DNA of 64,000 nt, from the NCBI GenBank assembly GCA_016932715.1, contig JAFGCG010000053.1, positions 499 through 64,498 on the forward strand, written 5' to 3'. Numbering within the stretch: position 1 is the first letter of the stretch; the number at the start of each line of letters is the position of its first letter. Source of the DNA: Anaerolineales bacterium. Its GTDB lineage: Bacteria > Chloroflexota > Anaerolineae > Anaerolineales > Villigracilaceae. The notes under the pieces were generated by a model, which saw only the letters and a program-made list of their open reading frames with translations, had not been told where the DNA came from and ran no database searches. The position numbers and the translations under genes were made by a program. Below are positions 10,619-19,174 of the stretch, piece by piece.

Positions 10619-11272
10619 ATGTCCTTCATAACCGAATTCCAATCCCATCTGCCCGCGGACCTGCGCAAAAAATTCCTCAGCCTGAATACACCTTTTGCCA
10701 TCCAGGAATACTTGGACAGCCTGACGTACATTGGCGAGGAGCGTGATCGTTCTCCGCTCAACGTCATGCTGGATGGACAGTCTCACTGCCTCGACGGCGG
10801 CTTTCTGGCTGCCCTGGCTCTCTGGCGGATCGGCTTCAAACCGCTGCTCATCGACATCGTGCCTGATCCCGGCAAGGACGACGATCACGTGCTTGCCCTG
10901 TATCGAATAGACGGCCGCTGGGGCGCGCTGGCAAAATCCAATTACGTCAACCTGGGATTCCGTGAGCCGGTCTACAGGGATTTGCGCGAACTGGTGATGA
11001 CCTATTTCGAGCACTACGTGAGCATTCACCAGGAAAAGGCTTTACGCGGCTACACACGTCCAATGGACGCCTCGCGCTATACCCGCCTCCACTGGGCTTG
11101 GGATGAAGCCGGGGCGAACCAGCTTTATCACAAGCATTTCTATGGACGCAAAGCCATCCCGCTCATCACCGGGCGCATGGCAAAGCGCCTGAGCCTCGTC
11201 ACGGACCGCGTCTATGCTGCAGAGACCCTGTACACCAATTTGAGCGAGTCGTTTGGCAATCGCAAATCCTAA
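10619..11272 (+). CDS. Hypothetical protein, possibly transglutaminase-like cysteine peptidase fold
   Basis: 217-aa ORF starting 70 nt after the divergent gene. Cys...His spacing (SHCLDGGFLAALALWRIGF ... DDDHVLALYRIDGRWG) resembles a transglutaminase-like core. The function call is weak. Confidence 0.6.
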   Translation: MSFITEFQSHLPADLRKKFLSLNTPFAIQEYLDSLTYIGEERDRSPLNVMLDGQSHCLDGGFLAALALWRIGFKPLLIDIVPDPGKDDDHVLALYRIDGRWGALAKSNYVNLGFREPVYRDLRELVMTYFEHYVSIHQEKALRGYTRPMDASRYTRLHWAWDEAGANQLYHKHFYGRKAIPLITGRMAKRLSLVTDRVYAAETLYTNLSESFGNRKS

Positions 11273-11284
11273 ATCACTAAATCA

Positions 11285-11917
11285 CTAAATCCACTTAAGA
11301 ATGACCACGAACACGATCAAGGCGATAATGTCCACAGCCCACAGAGCGCCGACGACTTGCAGTTTTTGTTTGAGTTCCTTCATGTCATAGACCCAGAACG
11401 TGAACACGAAGAACCACAGGTAGCCGAACAGGAAAATAAGGATGGGCGCGCCGCGATTCCACCAGGAGTAATCCCAGGTCAGGGCATTGACCGAATTCAG
11501 CAGGTATTCGACGAACACGGAAAAGACCGCCCCAAAGAGCGCCACCGCCCAGCGATTCGGAATCCCAAGATATTTGAAATCCTTGTCCGGATGAAGCATC
11601 TTGGTCCAAATGATCCCTGCCACCGCGAACATGAACATGGTCTCGATGTTCAAGCCGACCAAGATGAGATATGCCGTCGGACCGGGTTCCGCCCAAATCG
11701 GAGCGTAGCCTGTGGAACGAAGGACAAGGCTGTTGATGATCTCGTTCAGCCAGTCCGCGCCCCAAAAGGCAAGGCCGGCAAGGATCAGGTTCCAGTTGCG
11801 CTTCTCGGCTTCGACGGTATAGACGTAGAAGACAAAAGCCAGCAGCGGGATCACGTACCACTGGAAGTTACTCCCCTCCCGCAAACGTGACAAAGCCTGC
11901 AATGCAAAATCAGACAT
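11285..11917 (-). CDS. Integral membrane protein, unknown function
   Basis: About 6 hydrophobic helices. Start moved to the ATG at 11917, which is preceded by GGAGGG (reverse complement of 11921..11930). The ORF track start at 11977 lacks an RBS. Confidence 0.7.
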   Translation of the reverse strand: MSDFALQALSRLREGSNFQWYVIPLLAFVFYVYTVEAEKRNWNLILAGLAFWGADWLNEIINSLVLRSTGYAPIWAEPGPTAYLILVGLNIETMFMFAVAGIIWTKMLHPDKDFKYLGIPNRWAVALFGAVFSVFVEYLLNSVNALTWDYSWWNRGAPILIFLFGYLWFFVFTFWVYDMKELKQKLQVVGALWAVDIIALIVFVVILKWI

Positions 11918-11967
11918 GACGCCCTCCGCTTTTGAATTTGAGACTATTGTACTCTGCCCCTCCCCAG

Positions 11968-12037
11968 CCCTCCCCAAATCCGACGATGAAAATTCGACAT
12001 GCGCATCCAGCTTTTAGGTTGTCGGATTTGGGGAGGG
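11968..12037. repeat. Perfect 17-bp inverted repeat CCCTCCCCAAATCCGAC / GTCGGATTTGGGGAGGG separated by 36 nt
   Basis: Arms at 11968..11984 and 12021..12037, in the divergent intergenic region. An adjacent small hairpin GTCCC-GAA-GGGAC is at 12039..12051. Confidence 0.65.
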
Positions 12038-12071
12038 TGTCCCGAAGGGACGGGTGGGGCTGGCAGCAGGG

Positions 12072-12077
12072 TATAAT
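12072..12077 (+). promoter_or_regulatory. Candidate -10 box (TATAAT) for the TIR-TPR gene
   Basis: Perfect TATAAT 30 nt upstream of the ATG at 12107. SD AAGGAG at 12095..12100. The -35 is poor. Confidence 0.35.
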
Positions 12078-12106
12078 TTCCTCACCGTCACACCAAGGAG
12101 CCGCAC

Positions 12107-13372
12107 ATGGGGCGCATCGAGAAGACCGTTTTCATCAGCTACCGCCGGACGAACGTACCGTGGGCTTTGGCAATCTACCAAGACCTGACTATGCACGGCT
12201 ACGATGTGTTTTTTGATTATCAGAGTATCGATAGCGGGAATTTTGAAAAAGTCATCCTTGAAAATATAAAAGCCCGTGCGCATTTCATTGTAATTCTCAC
12301 ACCTTCGGCTCTGGAACGCTGTAAAGAACCTGGCGACTGGCTGCGACGTGAGATCGAAACCGCCATGGACGAAAAGCGCAACATCGTGCCCCTGATGCTG
12401 GAAAGTTTTGATTTTGGCAGTCCATTGGTGAAGGAAGCTTTAACCGGAAAGCTTGCCGCCCTCAGCACCTACAACGGTCTGCGCGTGTATTCGGAATACT
12501 TCTTCGAAGCCATGGATAAATTGCGCGAGCGGTATATGAATGTTGAAACAAGGGAAACTGCTGCGCTGTTCTTGAATGCAGAAGCAACAAAAATCACCAA
12601 AACTCAGAAAACGGCTGCCCGCGAAGCTCCACAAGTAGAAAAAGAACAACTCACTGCACAGGAATGGTTCGAGCGAGGCTATGTATTTCAGGGAGCAAAG
12701 AATTTGGATGAAGCATTTCGCTGTTATTCTGAGGCAATCCGTCTCGATCCCAATTTAGATGTCGCCTACAACAACCTGGGCAACACTTTAATAGGCCTGA
12801 AACGCTACGCCGAAGCCGAAGCCGCCTATCGCAAAGCCATCGAACTTAGCGAAGCATCCCCGTCAGGGAACAATCCATCCTATGCCACTGCTTACTACAA
12901 CTTAGGTTTACTTCTACATGAACATCTGAAGCGCTACGAGGAAGCCGAAGCCGCCTATCGCAAAGCCATCGAACTTGACCCCTTATACGCCACTGCCTAC
13001 TCCAATCTCACTATGTTATTGCGATTGACCAATAGAGTCGAAGAGGCAATGCCCTTGTTGGAGAAATTGATCGAGATCAATCCCGACGATTTCAATCCCT
13101 ATCTTGCCCTGGCATCGATCAATAAACAATTAGGAAAAGGTGCTTCCCCCGAATATCTCGCAAAAGCCCGGCAACTCATGCCAGAAGATGACTGGTACAA
13201 CCGCGCCTGCCTGGAAAGCGTTTGTGACAATTTTGATACGGCTTTTGACTGTCTTCAAAAAGCGGCGCAGCGCGAGCGCTTCAACCCCGCCTGGGCATGG
13301 GACGATCCAGACCTTCAGTGGATCAGGGATGATCCGAAGTTTGCAAAAATCGTCGGTCCAAAGCCAGCATAA
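12107..13372 (+). CDS. TIR domain protein with C-terminal TPR repeats (421 aa)
   Basis: N-terminus VFISYRRTNVPWALAIYQDL..GYDVFFDYQSI..ARAHFIVILTP..WLRREIETA is a TIR_2-type domain with a candidate catalytic Glu. C-terminal repeated AEAAYRKAIELxP.YA.AY.NLG TPR units. Confidence 0.85.
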   Translation: MGRIEKTVFISYRRTNVPWALAIYQDLTMHGYDVFFDYQSIDSGNFEKVILENIKARAHFIVILTPSALERCKEPGDWLRREIETAMDEKRNIVPLMLESFDFGSPLVKEALTGKLAALSTYNGLRVYSEYFFEAMDKLRERYMNVETRETAALFLNAEATKITKTQKTAAREAPQVEKEQLTAQEWFERGYVFQGAKNLDEAFRCYSEAIRLDPNLDVAYNNLGNTLIGLKRYAEAEAAYRKAIELSEASPSGNNPSYATAYYNLGLLLHEHLKRYEEAEAAYRKAIELDPLYATAYSNLTMLLRLTNRVEEAMPLLEKLIEINPDDFNPYLALASINKQLGKGASPEYLAKARQLMPEDDWYNRACLESVCDNFDTAFDCLQKAAQRERFNPAWAWDDPDLQWIRDDPKFAKIVGPKPA

Positions 13373-13378
13373 ACCAAA

Positions 13379-13408
13379 GAACTCCGAGGTTGCGAAATCT
13401 CGGAGTTC
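13379..13408. terminator. Hairpin between convergent genes (TIR-TPR and amidase)
   Basis: Perfect 10-bp stem GAACTCCGAG / CTCGGAGTTC with a 10-nt loop. No strong T-tract on the + strand. Confidence 0.5.
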
Positions 13409-13429
13409 CTGCATTAACCGTGAACAAAA

Positions 13430-14941
13430 TTATGCCGTCAGATTTGCGGTGGGTAAATAGCGGGGCTGTCTGCGGAACTGGGTGGCTTGCTCGAACGCGT
13501 ACGCGAATTTGATCAACTCGGGCTCCTGCCAGGCCTGTGCAAAGAACGAGATGCCAACGGGCAAGCCAAAGATGTACCCCGCAGGCACGGTGATATGCGG
13601 GTATCCCGCGACGGCTGCGGGCGATGTGCTTTCCATATCCCAATTGTTCGCATCCCCATCGACCAGATCGATCACCCAGGCAGGCCCGCCTGTGGGCACG
13701 ATAAGTGCATCCAGTTTATGTTTGCGCATCGCGGCATCGATCCCCTCCTTGCGTGCCAGGCGCAGATTCTTCGCCAGGGCATCACGATATTTCTTATCGC
13801 GCAGCGACGTCGTTTTCTGGGCCGTGAGCATGGCTTCCTGCCCAAAGTAAGGCATCACACGATGACTGTTCTCTTCATTGAATTTGATCACATCTTCCAG
13901 CGAGTGAACGCGTTCGTTTCCACCCAGGGTTTTGAGATACTTGTTCAAATCCGCTTTGAATTCATAGTGCAGCACTTCCCGTTCTGTTTTGTTGAACTTG
14001 TCGAAGTTGGGCACATTCGCGGGATCGATGATCACCGCGCCCAAATGCTTCATGGCCTCGATGCAAATTTCGAAGATCTTGATGATCTTGGGATTTGTGC
14101 CGGCCATGTTCCTGGCAACACCGATCCGCGCGCCTTTGAGACCGTCGCGGTCGAGGAATTTTGCATAGTTGGAAAAGCTCCGCTTCCTGCTCAGCCTTGT
14201 AGCTGGATCCCGTTCATCGACCCCGGTCATCGCCCCGAGCAGGATCGCCGCATCGGCGACGGTGCGCGCCATCGGACCGGCGGTATCCTGGCTGTGCGCG
14301 ACGGGAATGATCCCGCTGCGGCTCAACAAGCCAAGGGTCGGCTTGATCCCCACGATGCCGTTCGTCTGCGCGGGGCAGATGATCGAGCCGTCGGTCTCGG
14401 TGCCCACAGCCGCCGCGCACAGGTTGGCCGCGACTGCCGCGCCCGATCCCGAGGAGGAACCGCAAGCCGAGCGATCCAGCGCGTAGGGATTGCGCGTCAA
14501 GCCGCCGCGCGACGACCAGCCGCTCACTGAACGTTTGCCGCGGAAGTTTGCCCATTCGCTTAAGTTGGTCTTTCCCAGGATCAAGGCACCCGCCTTGCGC
14601 AATTGCCGCACAAGGAAGGCATCCTTTGCCGCGAGGTGGCCTTCCAACGCAAGCGAACCGGAGGTGGTCTGCATCCGGTCATGTGTATCGATGTTGTCCT
14701 TGATCAGAATGGGAACGCCATGCAAGGCGCCGCGCACCTTCCCGGCTTTGCGTTCTTCGTCGAGCGCCTCAGCAATTTCGAGCGCATCGGGGTTCAACTC
14801 GATCACTGAATTGAGATAAGGACCATCCTTGTCTATCTCAGAAATGCGTGCGAGATACAACTCGGCGAGCCGACGGGCAGTCAACTCGCCAGATTCCATT
14901 TTGTCCTGAAGTTCAGCGATCGTCCATTCCGGAATGATCAT
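13430..14941 (-). CDS. Amidase (amidase-signature family)
   Basis: AS-family motif GGSSSGSGAAVAANL, ILIKDNID, 503 aa. Confidence 0.9.
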   Translation of the reverse strand: MIIPEWTIAELQDKMESGELTARRLAELYLARISEIDKDGPYLNSVIELNPDALEIAEALDEERKAGKVRGALHGVPILIKDNIDTHDRMQTTSGSLALEGHLAAKDAFLVRQLRKAGALILGKTNLSEWANFRGKRSVSGWSSRGGLTRNPYALDRSACGSSSGSGAAVAANLCAAAVGTETDGSIICPAQTNGIVGIKPTLGLLSRSGIIPVAHSQDTAGPMARTVADAAILLGAMTGVDERDPATRLSRKRSFSNYAKFLDRDGLKGARIGVARNMAGTNPKIIKIFEICIEAMKHLGAVIIDPANVPNFDKFNKTEREVLHYEFKADLNKYLKTLGGNERVHSLEDVIKFNEENSHRVMPYFGQEAMLTAQKTTSLRDKKYRDALAKNLRLARKEGIDAAMRKHKLDALIVPTGGPAWVIDLVDGDANNWDMESTSPAAVAGYPHITVPAGYIFGLPVGISFFAQAWQEPELIKFAYAFEQATQFRRQPRYLPTANLTA

Positions 14942-14981
14942 CCCACTTGCTCCTTTGAAATCAGTGCCGAGGCAAGCGGGG

Positions 14982-15419
14982 TCATCGCCCGCCGCCTGTG
15001 ATGTAGCGTTCCAATTGAGACAGCATCATTTGCTGCACTTCGATGACCTCTTTGAGTACATCGCGCATGGAGAGCAACCCCACCAGCTCCCCGCCATCGT
15101 AAACGGGTAAATGACGGATATTCTTCTCGATCATCAACGACATACACGCCTCGAGCGGCTGGCTGGAATCAACTGTGATCACATCGCTTGTCATAATCTC
15201 GTTGATTTTGGTATCTTTTGCGTTCCTGCCCATCAATTCCACCTTGCGAATGCAGTCCCGCTCGGAAACAATGCCTTCAATCGTGTCTTTCGTCATTACC
15301 AATAATGCCCCGATATTGTGCTCTGCCATCATCTTCAGAGCGTCCAAAACGGTTGCCTGCGGTGCAATCGTGAAGACCTCGCGCCCCTTTTTACGGATCA
15401 TATCCCGGACGGTTGCCAT
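14982..15419 (-). CDS. CBS domain pair protein
   Basis: 145 aa with two CBS repeats (GALLVM..GIVSERD; RHLPVYDGGELVGLLSMRD). RBS GAAGGAGAG upstream. Confidence 0.88.
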   Translation of the reverse strand: MATVRDMIRKKGREVFTIAPQATVLDALKMMAEHNIGALLVMTKDTIEGIVSERDCIRKVELMGRNAKDTKINEIMTSDVITVDSSQPLEACMSLMIEKNIRHLPVYDGGELVGLLSMRDVLKEVIEVQQMMLSQLERYITGGGR

Positions 15420-15449
15420 GGCAGCTCTCCTTCGATAAAAAGTGGATAA

Positions 15450-15478
15450 AGTATAGACTCAAATCCGTTCCCTGACAA
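15450..15478 (-). promoter_or_regulatory. Sigma70-like promoter for the CBS gene (TTGTCA-17 nt-TATACT on the minus strand)
   Basis: The reverse complement of 15473..15478 is TTGTCA and of 15450..15455 is TATACT. The spacer is 17 nt. The -10 element lies about 30 nt upstream of the ATG at 15419. Confidence 0.45.
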
Positions 15479-15630
15479 GCGCAGCACGCCGCGGAGCGGC
15501 AGTGTGGACAAGCTGGCTACGCGTTTTCTCCCAGCCTGCACAGCCGGCAGTTGCCCCCGTTCTCCGGGCAGAATCTCCTCAAAACCTTCCTCACAAGGAT
15601 ATAACAAGCCTGAAAATGGCTACACGCTAA

Positions 15631-16449
15631 TCAAAACAACTTTTGTCGCACATTCCAGGACTGGCTGATGTCGCGGAGCTGCTCCGGGCTGAGGCCCTCG
15701 CTCGGTTCCCCGGCAGTCAGGTTCAGGTACTCGTAGTGAGCCGCCGTCTCGGCATATTCGATCAGGTCCAGGGCATGATAGAGCGAATCCTCTGCGCGTG
15801 CCATCACACCATGCCGTGACCAGATGACTATGCGATGTTCCCGCAGCGCCAGCATCGTCTCGACGGTGAGCTGCGCCGAACCCGGCAGGAGGAACGGCAA
15901 AATACCGATTCCCTCTGGAAAATTAAGTATGGTCTCCGGCTGCCAGCGCAAGAGATGGCGGTTGAGATATTGCTCATCCTGATAATCCGGGAGGTGACTG
16001 AGAAAAGTTAGATACGGCGGCTGTCCATGCACGATGGCATGGAATTTTATATCCTTTGAGCGCATTTGATCGTGATGGACAGCCAGATGGGAATTGAACT
16101 CGCTGGTCACCCGCTTGAACGGAGGATCGGGCGCGCTGAACATTTTGCCGGTCCGCCCGCCCGCCTCGACGAGGATGCAGGCAAGATTCGCCAGCGGCGC
16201 ATCCGCAACCTCGCGCAGCCGCCGGCCCGAGCCGGTCACGATGAGCGTCGCACCTGCCAGATCCGGAGCCGGCAGCGGTAGTTCCACGGTTTGCACGTGG
16301 GGGAAACGCCTCACCACCTCCACAGGTTCGCGCAAACAAATCGAAAGGTTTCCGGCTGCCCCTTCCGCCGCCCCGATATCGGATAATCGTTTGCCCGCCT
16401 GTCCCAACTGCTGCAGCAATGCATCAAGTTCAAATGAAATGGAAGCCAT
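15631..16449 (-). CDS. Class II aldolase/adducin family protein (rhamnulose-1-phosphate aldolase-like)
   Basis: GNLSICL, IVTGSGRRLREV, SEFNSHLAVH, HAIVHGQPPYLT, FPEGIGILPFLLPGS and IVIWSRHGV resemble RhaD. The ORF is open to 16632, but that extension runs through a dispersed repeat. Start set at MASISFELD (16449); the start is uncertain. Confidence 0.75.
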   Translation of the reverse strand: MASISFELDALLQQLGQAGKRLSDIGAAEGAAGNLSICLREPVEVVRRFPHVQTVELPLPAPDLAGATLIVTGSGRRLREVADAPLANLACILVEAGGRTGKMFSAPDPPFKRVTSEFNSHLAVHHDQMRSKDIKFHAIVHGQPPYLTFLSHLPDYQDEQYLNRHLLRWQPETILNFPEGIGILPFLLPGSAQLTVETMLALREHRIVIWSRHGVMARAEDSLYHALDLIEYAETAAHYEYLNLTAGEPSEGLSPEQLRDISQSWNVRQKLF

Positions 16450-16553
16450 TAATTTACAAGCCTTTTCAGGAAATGATTTCGCCATCATTTTATCAATCAT
16501 CACTCCCACATGCAAAGATATCAGAGAGTGGCTAAAAGAATGGGCCAAGCATT

Positions 16554-16583
16554 TTCTCACCACGGAGAACACGGAGTTCACAC
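16554..16583 (-). repeat. Copy of the dispersed CTyCGTGT..C..GTGGTGA repeat family
   Basis: The reverse complement GTGTGAACTCCGTGTTCTCCGTGGTGAGAA resembles the units at 9816..9850 and 9868..9901. Confidence 0.4.
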
Positions 16584-16675
16584 ACCTGCCCCGGGCTGGG
16601 AACCTCGTGATTTGGCGCAGTCTACTTGTCATCTTTTTGCATTATGGTAAGGAATACTCCGCTGCTATACAATAA

Positions 16676-16684
16676 TGCTATAAT
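16676..16684 (+). promoter_or_regulatory. Extended -10 element (TGCTATAAT), possible promoter of the six-gene module
   Basis: Perfect TGnTATAAT in the AT-rich 480-nt non-coding stretch upstream of 16932. It would imply a leader of about 240 nt. Confidence 0.25.
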
Positions 16685-16931
16685 TGTCATTAATGGGTAA
16701 AAATGATGCGTTTTAATCGGGAAAGAAGACTTTCAATGGTTCCAATTTCCAGTCGAGCAGGAGACGGTTAGCATCCAATTTACCGACGATTTGATTGATA
16801 GTGGGTTGTGTCAGAATTTTAAGAGTTTGCATACAGGATTTGCCAGGTTAATTCGTTACAGTAATTTGTCCCTCGCTGCATAGCTGCACACGTACATTTC
16901 ATCATTGAGCTACCTGATCTCTGGAGGAGAC

Positions 16932-18026
16932 ATGAACAGTTTATTGAATGAGATTGGCAAATATTGGCTCGAAGCGCGGGGAAGGAGCCGGCCTACACCA
17001 CGGTATCCCTTCGCTGATAATGAAATTGTCACACCGGGCTTTCCGCTGCGCGTTCGATCATGGTGGAACGCGATCTATATTAATTTGCACCCAACCCACT
17101 ACGCTGTAGCGATTGCACCTGATGGAAAGATCATAAATCTCAAGGGCGGCTATAATTATCCGCTTCCCGCCGGTCAATATACCCTGCATTACATCGACAA
17201 GCAGAATCGGGCAGCTGTTATTCCCCGTATTTCGGAAACAACTCTCGATGGATCACAGGTCTCCCTGGAACTTGTCATTACCTATCGAGTTGTCGACCCG
17301 ATCAAGGCGCTGGAAGTGCAGCAGCCGGTCAACACGCTTTTCATCTTCATCCAGTCGGATTTGAAGGAGTTTATTCGCTCCCACAAGTATGATGAAATCG
17401 TTGGAAGCAACGATGGACGCACAGTCGAAAATGGTTTGGTGGCGCGGTATATCAAGGAGCAACATGCTGGGCGTCATCAGATCTCCAAGCTCTTTTTCAT
17501 TGCGGACATTGTCGTGGAGGAAAAGGTTGGAGATCCAAAACTGACGGAAATCAGGGAGAATTTCCAGGCAGAACAAAGACAAAACATTGCCAAAAGTGAG
17601 CTGCTCAAACAAAATCAGGACCTGGAGCGGAAAATTGCAGCCCAGGAGGCAGAAATCAAGCGAATTAAGGCTCAATCGGATGCAGCCCAGCAGGATATCC
17701 TGCAACGCATGCAATTGCAGAGAATAGACCTCGAAAAGGCCAGGATGGAGCTTCAGTTCCGGCAGGATAAGATGATGCGCGCCATGGATGCCATTGCCCA
17801 GGCGTTTTCGACCCCGACCTATCCAAGAGATCCGCGGGAAGTTGAGATCATCAGGGAACTGCTGGGGGCTCTGGGAGGCGATTCCACCACCGATGCCCCA
17901 CCGCCGGAAGGGACGACTGGCTCGGAGAGCCGTCCGGCTCCCGGCTCGACCAAAACTCCAAACCCGGAGAAGATCGATGCCCTGACCGATACACTCTTAA
18001 ATTGGCTGGATCGCAGGCGATCCTGA
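16932..18026 (+). CDS. SPFH/Band-7-like protein with long C-terminal coiled coil; no TM helix
   Basis: TLDGSQVSLELVITYRVVDPIKAL plus surrounding beta-rich region is typical of an SPFH core, followed by heptad-rich QAEQRQNIAKSELLKQNQDLERKIAAQEAEIKRIKAQ. The ATG at 16932 is preceded by GGAGGAG. The track start at 16905 is TTG. Confidence 0.75.
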   Translation: MNSLLNEIGKYWLEARGRSRPTPRYPFADNEIVTPGFPLRVRSWWNAIYINLHPTHYAVAIAPDGKIINLKGGYNYPLPAGQYTLHYIDKQNRAAVIPRISETTLDGSQVSLELVITYRVVDPIKALEVQQPVNTLFIFIQSDLKEFIRSHKYDEIVGSNDGRTVENGLVARYIKEQHAGRHQISKLFFIADIVVEEKVGDPKLTEIRENFQAEQRQNIAKSELLKQNQDLERKIAAQEAEIKRIKAQSDAAQQDILQRMQLQRIDLEKARMELQFRQDKMMRAMDAIAQAFSTPTYPRDPREVEIIRELLGALGGDSTTDAPPPEGTTGSESRPAPGSTKTPNPEKIDALTDTLLNWLDRRRS

Positions 18027-18042
18027 CTTCGAGAAACATAGG

Positions 18043-19167
18043 ATGACCACCCCCTGGATCGAACTTGACAAGTATCAGGATCAGGATGACTTCGCCGGGC
18101 CAGGTTTTTCTGAGCATGTCTGGCAGGCACTCTTCGCGTGTCAGGTTGGGATTCGCTCTCATCAGGATTGGGTCAAGCTGAAATGGGGATTCAACGCCTT
18201 GGCGCTTTTCGATGAGGCCCTTGAACGTCAAAAACTGTTCCTGGAATCCCAATATGCGATCAGGAAGGAATTGGGGAGCGAGAACCCGGATCACCGGACA
18301 CTGGCATTCCGCTATATTAACCGGCCGGGGGAAGGATTGCTGCCGGCCGTCATCGGCAAGATCCAGGCGCGCACAGAGGCAGAAGCCAGGGAGACGGCCC
18401 TGGCATTCTACGGTGCATTGAAATCCATCTTTCCTTACGACTATGTTCTAGCGCCAGCGTTCTCCAGAGATGAATTCATCCACATATCCGGGATGGATAT
18501 TCTGGATGACAGCAACAACCAGTTCGATCTGGCTCAGGTCAAGCGCTTTGAAGTTCCCATTCGCTTTGACCGTCATTCATCCGTCCTGCAGGGTCTCTGG
18601 CAATCGGGTGCCCGCAGCCACGAACAAATATGGCGTTCGCTGGCTGCATCTGTCCACCCTTTGCTCATGAACATATCCCTCCGCTGCACGGTTCTCTACG
18701 AGAAGGAACGCGAACGGTTAGCAGAGTGCGCGGAAGAGATATCGCAGATTGCGTCCGATAAATTTCTCTACCAGAGAACATTGCCGGCATTAAAGCAGTG
18801 GCACGAGGCTTACATCGAACGCCGGCTGGCTCCCTGGAAAAAATTCTTTTATTTGCAGGTCCATCTGGCTTCGCCTCGAAAGATCGACGAAAATCTCTTC
18901 CAGACCGTGGGGACGTCCCTGACATGGAGCGCAAACAGCGCTGCTCTGCCCGGATATTACGTGATCTCCCCAAAGCTTAACGAAGTGCCAGCATGGCGGA
19001 GAAAGCTGAGAAACCTGGACTTCATCTTTTCAGGCAGCTACCTTCCGGTTCCACGCCTGGCTGAGGTAGCCGATATGGATGAAGTCTTTGCCGTCATGCG
19101 CCTGCCCTACTCACCTCCTGAAGATGGATTCCCAGATGTGACCTTTGCCAGCAACAGAACGACGTAG
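18043..19167 (+). CDS. Hypothetical protein (374 aa), no recognisable motif
   Basis: Long ORF 16 nt after the SPFH gene, on the same strand, with codon usage consistent with its neighbours. Confidence 0.75.
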   Translation: MTTPWIELDKYQDQDDFAGPGFSEHVWQALFACQVGIRSHQDWVKLKWGFNALALFDEALERQKLFLESQYAIRKELGSENPDHRTLAFRYINRPGEGLLPAVIGKIQARTEAEARETALAFYGALKSIFPYDYVLAPAFSRDEFIHISGMDILDDSNNQFDLAQVKRFEVPIRFDRHSSVLQGLWQSGARSHEQIWRSLAASVHPLLMNISLRCTVLYEKERERLAECAEEISQIASDKFLYQRTLPALKQWHEAYIERRLAPWKKFFYLQVHLASPRKIDENLFQTVGTSLTWSANSAALPGYYVISPKLNEVPAWRRKLRNLDFIFSGSYLPVPRLAEVADMDEVFAVMRLPYSPPEDGFPDVTFASNRTT

Positions 19168-19174
19168 GAGTTTT

